Origin: Octopus vulgaris
Taxonomy: Eukaryota
Assembly (NCBI GenBank): GCA_951406725.2
Contig: OX597818.1
Location: 32,984,001-33,048,000 of the forward strand
Direction: 5' to 3'
Length of the DNA stretch: 64,000 nt
Positions 54,701-64,000 of this stretch are shown here, piece by piece. The notes below the pieces were generated by a model. It saw only the letters and a list, made by a program, of their open reading frames with translations, was not told the origin of the DNA and did not search any database. How positions within the stretch are numbered: the stretch's first letter is position 1; every line of letters starts with the position of its first letter. A program made the translations under genes and the position numbers.

Positions 54701-55183
54701 CGTTTGGCAGTCTGTGACTAGTCTAGGACTGCATAAAGCATGGTCGAAGAAGCGCAAGAGAAGAAGACTATCAACAGAAATACTGTTAAAGACATATTAA
54801 CGCATACAGGCGTATTAAGTCAAATAAACGCACAACGCATGAACACCTTTAAAACTAAATAGAATTAGAAAAAGCATCGTATAAACCCTTTGTCACTGTC
54901 TATTCATATATGTCACGCATCGTTTACTTGTTTGTATGTGAATTAACAAAAACAAAAAGAATCCCAAAAGAACTCAATACATGTTACACAATTTCCATTC
55001 ACATGGAATTCGTTGATGATACTTCCTTTTATGACTACACACAGATTTAACACATATCCATGTGTGAAGTACATCGCAATCATTTGCGTAACTTGTATGT
55101 GAAGACCTGTACACACACATGCAGGCATATATATATATATACATATACATTCTGTTTTCTCTCCCTGTTTATTTCTGTATTCC

Positions 55184-55217
55184 TTTCTGTCGAAGAGCGT
55201 AGGCTCGAAACGTAAAA
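55184..55217 (+). ncRNA. Hammerhead motif with a mutated core (CTGTCGA), in a pLTR-like cassette at about 55150-55300
   Basis: TTT-CTGTCGA-a-GAGC gtag GCTC-GAA-ACGT-A/AAA; downstream sequence is related to the 47252 cassette. Confidence 0.6.
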
Positions 55218-55300
55218 TACTTTCTCACTTCCCGAGCGTTAAACTAATACATCTATTTGTTGTTTACACACCCGTCTTTGTCTTTCGTAAATTCTCACTA

Positions 55301-55408
<108 letters not shown>

Positions 55409-56202
55409 TGTATTTATGTATGTATGTATGTATTAGGTACATACACACATATACATGTATTGGTATGTATATGTGATTTTATGAATATACTGTTGCATTT
55501 AGGAATATTTAAAAACAAGCAGGTGTATTCTTGAGCAAGCATACAGACGAACACATGTACGCTCAGAGAATTTAATCGACACAATCAGATTAGAAAACAC
55601 ACTTACATGCATGTTTATATAAATATCTACATACATTCATGCATGCATAAATATATGCATGTATATGCATGTTTGTTAGAGTGTGAATGTGTGTATGTGC
55701 GTATGTGTGTGTGTGTGTGTGTGCAAAGAACATGTCAAATGAAACCAATAATAAAATGGTGGAAAGGAAGCGTTATATGGGAAAAGCAAAAAACGGAAGA
55801 TAAATACAATATATCATAATAAATTAAAGTAAAAAAAATATATTTAAAATTTTGCAAACCAACGACAAAAAAACAACCTTTTAAATAAATATATTATCGA
55901 AGTGTGTTTAAATAAAAGTTTTATAGCAATTCTTGCCGAGATCAAAGCGAAGATGTGACAGAACTACAGGGTAAAGCATCTGTGTCATTTCACATGACAG
56001 GATTTATTTAAATTTCATGTATTATGTTTGTAGAGAAGAGAAATTTCTCGGGCAGAAATGTAAGTAGTGGAGCTACAAAATTTCAATGGCAATCTTTCAC
56101 ATGAGAAAGCAAGATCTTGAACCGGAACTGAAAAATGTTAATGAAAATCGAACTTATCTCACCATCAGACCATTTTCAAACATACACAAATGTATATATG
56201 CC

Positions 56203-56234
<32 letters not shown>

Positions 56235-56268
56235 TGTATGTATGTATGTATGTATGTATGTATGTATG

Positions 56269-56299
<31 letters not shown>

Positions 56300-56368
56300 G
56301 AATGTATGTATCTATGTATGTATGTATGTGTGTATGCATGTATGTAAGAATGTATGTATGTATGTATG

Positions 56369-56399
<31 letters not shown>

Positions 56400-56439
56400 G
56401 AATGTATGTATGTATGTATGTATATATGTATGTATGTAC

Positions 56440-56975
56440 GAGGCTGGTGCAAATGTTGAAGTCAAGACCAGGATAGGTAATGCAACGTCAGTACTTCAAG
56501 GAATTCATCCCATATGGAAATCGAAGTCCAACAGTAAGACGGCTAAACCGTAGCTATATTCATGTTATACCAACCGTCATCTACGTCTGTGAAACCTTAA
56601 AGAAGACAGTAATGTCCTCTCAGTTACTGGACGCGTTGCACCGAAGATGTGCATCTCTTACAGACACAAAGAGAGAAACAAAGTGGTGAAGAGAAGAACT
56701 GGCTAGGAAAGCCTTGCTGAACGTGGTGACTAAGTGGCGAATACAGTTTACTGGCTACATACTTCGATTACCACAATGGCGACATGCTACTATCGTGATA
56801 GAGTGAACGCCTCAAGAAGAAAAAAGACCACAGATGTGTCGCAGCACTTTCTGGAACGACATTATAGACATGGGATTTGGTTCGAATGAAGCTAAGAGGA
56901 AAGCGAGCCATCGGAATGTTTGGAGTAAGCTCGTTGGCTGTTGTACTGAGAGCACTTAGAGCTAAGGACTAAGAA
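56440..56975 (+). mobile_element. 5'-truncated RTE-clade LINE 3' fragment flanked by (TATG)n
   Basis: EVKTRIGNATSVLQGIHPIWKSK..VIPTVIYVCETLKKT..LDALHRRC..WRIQFTGYILRLPQWRHA..EAKRKASHRNVWSKLV. Confidence 0.8.
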
Positions 56976-57073
56976 AGTACGTACGTATGTACGTATGTAT
57001 GTATGTATGTATGTATGTATGTATGTATGTATGTATGTATGTATGTATGTATGCATGCATGCATGCATGTATG

Positions 57074-57128
<55 letters not shown>

Positions 57129-57134
57129 GTATGC

Positions 57135-57625
57135 ATGTTTTCCTTTTCCTTTTCATTTTATATTTTATTTTCATTGGCCACATGCCTGGTTGCCGGGTTG
57201 AGCAGGAAGGCCTTTTATTTAGTTTATAATACTTCTAAATCTTAAGAAGGTTAGCAGACGTTTATTGTCTTAGATGTCATGAACATTTGCAGCTTATGAA
57301 TTAGACTTTCTTTCTCTCCCAAAAGACCCAAGGTCTGCCACACTTTGCTCCAAGAGGATGGGCGTGCATCCTGTTCTTTCAATAATAATAGGGATATAAC
57401 AGTAAGTATAAGTTGGATACTGGTTTTGCAAACTTCATATCAATAGGGTGCAGATGTCCTCTAACCCTGTATTCTTGCGACCATATTGGTAGTCAGAAGA
57501 TAACTGATTTCCACAATAGAGCAAATGTTTATTTTTTGGTCCCACACAACAATAACCAGTCTGTTTTCTTTTAACTTGCTGGTTGTTTTAACTTTTGAGT
57601 TTCACTAATATTCTTTTAATCCACC
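57135..57625 (-). mobile_element. Second, diverged R4/Dong-like RLE LINE 3' fragment ending in (TACA)n
   Basis: KEY**NSKVKTTSKLKENRLVIVVWDQKINICSIVEIS..SLQNQYPTYTYCYIPIIIE.. aligns with the endonuclease region at 4770-5060. Confidence 0.75.
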
Positions 57626-57697
57626 GGTCTCGATACACACACATATATATATATATATAAGTACATTCTCAATTTATATATATATACATACATACAT

Positions 57698-57774
<77 letters not shown>

Positions 57775-58364
57775 GTGTGTAAGTATGTATGTCTCCATGT
57801 ACTTGAGCACTCACATACGATATCTGAATCACGAAAGAGAAAAGTTGTTACGGCGTTGTTACGCATTCGCACAATATTGGAATTTACTGTGTTGCGTTTG
57901 TATAGCACTATGACTACATAGTCAGACATATATTTTTGAAGAATTTGGAAATTATGGTTATACTTCAAATCAAAAATTAATAGAGCGTTTTCGATTAATG
58001 GCTGCCTCTCGAAATTAAAGTCTCTTGAAATTTTTTTTTCACAGAATCATAATTATTTTTTAATTTTCTTAGTTTGGTTGCACTCACTGCTGAGGCTGGG
58101 GCTGGGGCTGGGGCTGGAAATTTTAAGACAAAATGATTTATGGAAATATAATCCTTCGTTTAATCTAATTTCAGGACTTTCGTCTTGTTTAATTTTAATG
58201 AGAATAACTTAAGCGCTACCTGAATATAATTTATTTCCAATATGTGCTGTAATTACAGATTACTTTTATCATTGGCTGTGAAGAGGAGTTGTGTTCTTAT
58301 TGACACTGCACAGGGTTAGATAACACGGTGACATACTACGGAGTACAAAAGATATTAAGGAAGA

Positions 58365-58740
58365 CTTCGTCGGTTACGACAACGAGGGTTCCGGTTGATC
58401 CGAATCAACGGAACAGCCTGCTCGTGAAATTAACGTGTAAGTGGCTGAGCACTCCACATACACGTGTACCCTTAACGTAGTTCTCGGGGAGATTCAGCGT
58501 GACACAGAGAGTGACAAGGCCGGCCCTTTGAAATACAGGTACAACAGAAACAGGAAGTAAGAGTGAGAGAAAGTTGTGGTGAAAGAGTACAGCAGGGATC
58601 ACCACCATCCCCTGCCGGAGCCTCGTGGAGCTTAGGTGTTTTCGCTCAATAAACACTCACAACGCCCGGTCTGGGAATCGAAACCGTGATCCTATGACCG
58701 CGAGTCCTCTGCCCTAACCACTGGGCCATTGCGCCTCCAC
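58365..58740 (-). mobile_element. Family D tRNA-SINE, full length
   Basis: Head gtggaggcgcaatggcccagtggttagggc..ggtttcgattccc; tail ..ggatcaaccggaaccctcgttgtcgtaaccgacgaagt. Confidence 0.85.
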
Positions 58741-58783
58741 ACAAAAGATATAACTTCTCAGTACTCATTGAATAATACATATG

Positions 58784-59244
58784 CGAGGGTGTGCTGAAAA
58801 GCTCCTCGGTTTGGCTAAAAGAAAATACAGGAGGAGCAGTTATGATTTTATTCAACATACTCCCCTTTCTGATTCACACATACTTATTGCAGCGGAACAT
58901 CAGTTTTTCTAAGTCCTATATATTTCTTTATTACCCACAAGGGGCTAAACACAGAAGGGACAAACAAGGACAGACAAAGGGATTAAGTCGATTATATCGA
59001 CCCCAGTGTATAAATGGTGCTTAATTTATCGACCTCGAAAGGATGAAAGGCAAAGTCGACACCGGCGTAATTTGAACTCAGAACGTAACGGCAGACGAAA
59101 TACGGCTACGCATTTCACCCAGCGTGCTAACGTTTCTGCCAGCTCGCCGCCTTTTTCTAAGTCCTATAAAAGAACTCGGAATGTTGTGCCTCAAATCAAG
59201 CCTTTCTCGAAACCTTTAAAGCCATGAAAATTGCAGCACCACCC
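58784..59244 (-). mobile_element. Internally deleted mariner (MITE-like) interrupted by a SINE
   Basis: TIR-like cgagggtgtgctgaaaag / decayed ttgcagcaccaccc; minus strand RCNKY../GEYVE* resembles a mariner transposase C-terminus. Confidence 0.6.
58921..59151 (-). mobile_element. Family A SINE with a 17-bp TSD
   Basis: TSD tttttctaagtcctata at 58904-58920 and 59152-59168. Confidence 0.9.
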
Positions 59245-59477
59245 ACACTCATACATATTCATATATTTTGCTTTAATCCCAATAATATACAGAACAGACA
59301 TTATGTTAAATCTTCGAAAAAGTATAAGGACCTGCCCTATTGGCGGAGAAATCAACCTCTCTGTCTATATATCTACCCTCTTTGTAATGTTGGCAAATGG
59401 AATAAGTATAAAAATGTACATTGTCTATTTAATTGGAAAATTCTATATGTGGCTGAAGATTGCTCTACATTTTAAAA

Positions 59478-59885
59478 CTCTCTTTTACTCTTTACTCTTT
59501 TACATGTTTCAGTCATTTGACTGCGGCCATGCTGGAGCACCGCCTTAAATCGAGCAACTCGACCCCGGGACTTATTCTTTTGTAAGCCCAGTACTTATTC
59601 TATCGGTCTCTTTTACCGAACCGCTAAGTTACGGGGACATAAACACACCAGCATCGGTTGTCAAGCAATGCTAGGATGACAAACACAGACACACAAACAC
59701 GCACACGCATATATATATACATATATACGACAGGCTTCTTTCAGTTTCCGTCTACCAAATCCACTCACAAGGCTTTTGTCGGCCCGAGGCTATAGTAGAA
59801 GACACTTGCCCAAGGTGCCACGCAGTGGACTGAACCCGGAACCATGTGGCTGGTAAACAAGCTACTTACCACACAGCCACTCCTG
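59478..59885 (-). mobile_element. Family B SINE, young
   Basis: Full family-B consensus with (ctcttta)-like tail repeats. Confidence 0.9.
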
Positions 59886-59930
59886 ATGTAATACTTACAT
59901 TGTTTAATAAAATTAAGTAGCATGTGTTTC

Positions 59931-60001
<71 letters not shown>

Positions 60002-60051
60002 TGTGTGTGTGTTTGTTTGTGTGTGTGTGTTTGTGTATGTAAGTATGTATG

Positions 60052-60118
<67 letters not shown>

Positions 60119-60851
60119 ATTTATAATAGTATAAAATACAATTATAATTTAAGGGCACAGAGTATAATGTGCCTATATGCTGAAAATAAACGCTAAATCG
60201 TCGAAGCCCTCTAAATCATCACTTTTATAATACGCACATGTTGTAAGCGAGGGAGTAGGCAGACAGAAATTCACAAAATAATTCAGATAGCCTTGGATTG
60301 AACAATTTTTGGATTAGTCTCATGCTTCTTCCTTCGTCAGCAAAGCATACTGAGGGAAATAAATGAGACGTTTATACATAGTCACAGAAAAGCAAACGCA
60401 AAGCTGCAGTTACATACAAATACCACAGATATATCCGCATCCAATTTCGTAGTTTACCTTAACAAGTTTGTATTTGCTCAGTGTAGTACGGAAGTGACTA
60501 AACTATCCAAAAGTGAATGGAAAAATATTCAAATATAATAATGAAGGATAAAATCGTTAAAAATTTGCATCAGTGGCCAGCATATGAAATAGACCTATTA
60601 AGGTGAATTCATAAATAGAAATTTATAATAAGATATAATACAATTCTAATGAAAAGTACAGAAGGCACCATGCATATATGGTGAGAATAAACGCTAAATC
60701 AACGAACCACTCCATCATCACTATTATAATATACACACGTATATATATATATACATATATATATATTATATACATAGACTATATATATTTATATACTCCA
60801 ATTGACGATTACTAGATACATGCTTGAAACTTAGAGTACCAAGGATTCTGA

Positions 60852-60887
<36 letters not shown>

Positions 60888-61144
60888 CGTGTGTGTAATA
60901 TATATTTATGCATATATATATCATGTATATATGCATATATAATACACTCGTACAATCACGCACACACACACACACATATATATTGTAATGTTAATAAGGA
61001 TTATTACGAAGTAGCATAGCATTGCCTTGAATTCCTTTCATAGGGCGCTTGAAATATACCTATATATGCATCGATTAGTAACCATTGCAATCGCAACCCT
61101 ACAATAATACTTGTGCAGCTTCCTCAGGGTCTTCATTTATATGT

Positions 61145-61145
61145 A

Positions 61146-61209
<64 letters not shown>

Positions 61210-61263
61210 CATCCATCCATCCATAAATCTATCTATCTATCATTCTATCTATCAATCTATCTG

Positions 61264-61321
<58 letters not shown>

Positions 61322-61333
61322 AATCTATCTATC

Positions 61334-61395
<62 letters not shown>
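61145..61395. repeat. (TATC)n/(TA)n/(TG)n compound microsatellite
   Basis: Visible simple repeat. Confidence 0.95.
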
Positions 61396-62680
61396 AATGT
61401 ATGTATGCATTCCTAATTTTGTGTACATGTCATGAAATATACAGATGAATATATGACTATCCTGCTATGTGGTACGATAAGAAATTCATAATCGCATTAT
61501 ATCACTATCACTCTAACAGCACCACCAACATCACCACATCACACCATACCATCACCACTGCCACCATAACCACTACACTATCATAATTCACCCCCCACCC
61601 CGCGCAAAAAAAAATCGGTTCTCCACATCTCTACGAAGCGAATCTTTTAGTACAATATTCTGCATGCTTATCGAGCGTGAATGTTTCCTGTGCGTTAGCG
61701 AAATTTGTAGTGGTTCCCAGTCGAAAAAACTGGGTCTTTGTGGGCAGCTGCACTGAAATTATGGGCAAGATGATAAGATCTTTGTGTCACAGAGAGTGCC
61801 AATGAAAATAAGCTATAAAAGATAGAGCGTCCGGAAGAAAGAAACACAAGACGTTTTATTGCAGGTCTAAACGTTCTTAGTATGGGAATGTTTCTTTATA
61901 GTCAGAATATGTACGTTCATACCAAACATTCATATATATATATACAGTAGGAAATACATACGTATACTGAGACACGAGTAGGCAACACACACACTGATGC
62001 CAACACAGAATACTACACGCCACAAATACGTACCCAATCCTGCGCATGAGCGTAATGCTTAATTATGAATGTTTAGAAACACGCAGTAACACACACACGG
62101 CCTATTTCTATCGCAGTTACAACATAAAAAAAAATCAACGCTCACACACACACACAACCTCACACACGGACAAACACATAAACACATATACGAGATATAT
62201 GCACCCATATTATATCATTTAGAGAGGCAAGTATATTGATAAAGAAATAGATAGAATAATTTAATATATAGATATGTATTAATTCTGTGAATCTCTCTCT
62301 CCTAATTTCTCTCTCCTTTTTCTCTCTCTCGCTATCTTTCATCACATATATATGTATGTATATATATGTGTGTGAAGCGCCCATATAAATGCTTGTATAC
62401 ATCTACCCATGTGAAGACGCGTATACTGACGAGTATATATGTGTGCAAAAATATTTATATTAGTTTAATAGGAACCATAAAAGCACTAAACGAAGCTTTT
62501 GACCTATTTAGTGTTTCTATTGCCTTACCTCGAATTCAGAGCTACCCCAAAACATATCTATGATACACATGTTCACATATATAAATGTGAACATATATAT
62601 ATATACAAACATTCCCAAACCTGTACATATATATAAATATATGCATATATGTCTACATATATATGCATATATGTATGCGT

Positions 62681-62711
<31 letters not shown>

Positions 62712-62802
62712 CATATATATATGCGTGTAAATATATGTGAGCGTGTATTGAGTGTATGTGTGTACACACATGCATACATACATACACACACATGTATATA
62801 TC

Positions 62803-62843
<41 letters not shown>

Positions 62844-63084
62844 ATATATATCTATATATGCATATATATGTATGTGTGTATGTTTTATATACGTTGATAT
62901 ATACCGATATATCAACGTGTGTGCGCATTTTTATAGTAGAATGACTCACATACAACTTAGAGCAAGTTTTATATTTTACCGAAATTGTTGAATGCCAGAA
63001 GCAGAACCCATGAAAGTGGGGCATATGTCCGATCATCTACGCTTGTGAAACTCTACAACATCATTTCGGAATTCAATGGTAATA

Positions 63085-63295
63085 TACTCTTTTTTCTCTT
63101 TTACTTGTTTCAGTCATTTCACAGCGTCCATGCTGGAGCACCGCCTTTAGTCGACCAAATCGACCCCAGGACTTGTTCTTTGTAAGCCTAGTACTTTTTC
63201 TATCGGTCTCTCTTGCCGAACCGCTAAGTTACGGAGACGTAAACACACCAGCATCGGTTGTCAAGCGATGTTGGGGGACAAACAGAGACACACAA

Positions 63296-63330
<35 letters not shown>

Positions 63331-63503
63331 TATATATATATATACATACATATATACGACGGGCTTCTTTCAGTTTGCGTCTACCAAATCCACTCACAAG
63401 GCCTATAGTAGAGAATACTTTCCCAAGGTTCCACGTGCTGGGAATGAACCCGGAAACATGTCGCTGGTTAGCAAGCTACTTACCACACAGCCACTCCTGC
63501 GCC
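63085..63503 (-). mobile_element. Family B SINE
   Basis: Reverse complement of the family-B consensus. Confidence 0.88.
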
Positions 63504-63534
63504 TTTGTTTTAATTTTTTTTTGAAAACTTCTGT

Positions 63535-63617
<83 letters not shown>

Positions 63618-64000
63618 TATAAAGAAGCATTGGTTATAGTTTAAGCATTAAATTTGGGCCAACGACTTTACATACAACACCATCCCTCAAACATTTAATC
63701 ATATACTCCTTTATCTTCGTCTCACTTATATTTGAGCACTTCTTTTGCTGTCCTATAAAGCCATTTGTTTCAATTAGAAGAGACAAATCTTATTTCTTGT
63801 TGTACATATATAATACAAATAATTAGAAAGTGGAGAAAACCTCAGTTTAGCAAACATATCGACTAGACCATATTTATAGCTTTTTTTCTTAATGCAATAT
63901 GTTATGCGTTGTATTAAAATATATGCGACAAATGTGGTCCAATCGATGTGTTTGTTACTCTGAGGTTTTCTCCATTTTCAAATTATCTGCATTGGTCCCT

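Noticed and set aside
58094-58117. (GGGGCT)n as a G-quadruplex or telomeric repeat
   Set aside because: Only three full G4 runs; too short to support.
61797-61835. CCAAT plus TATAAAA promoter
   Set aside because: Spacing is too tight, the motifs are common in AT-rich DNA, and there is no downstream gene evidence.

Overview
AT-rich, microsatellite-saturated eukaryotic intronic or intergenic DNA. The SINE repertoire and simple-repeat load suggest a cephalopod (Octopus-like) genome; this is inference. No intact host protein-coding gene is supportable, and nearly all listed ORFs are translations of (TA)n, (CA)n, (TACA)n, (GATA)n or trinucleotide tracts. The window is a mosaic of decayed mobile elements: a DD41D Tc1/mariner relic, a deleted mariner, a Helentron-type HINE, two diverged RLE (R4/Dong-like) LINE ends abutting (TACA)n, CR1/Zenon, CR1, RTE and Tx1-like LINE ends, a Penelope-like GIY-YIG endonuclease relic, and more than 40 copies or fragments of about four tRNA-SINE families. 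The most notable signal is a set of about 8 short cassettes, mostly embedded in (TA)n tracts and often forming fold-back inverted repeats. Each carries a minimal type-I hammerhead ribozyme motif (some degenerate) with a palindromic stem III. Their cores include C3-G8, U3-A8 and A3-U8 versions of the catalytic tertiary pair. A second pattern is a Meta-domain-like SINE that builds dimers and trimers through a fixed tail-to-GGTATTTCG junction, with a TSD-proven self-insertion at that site.
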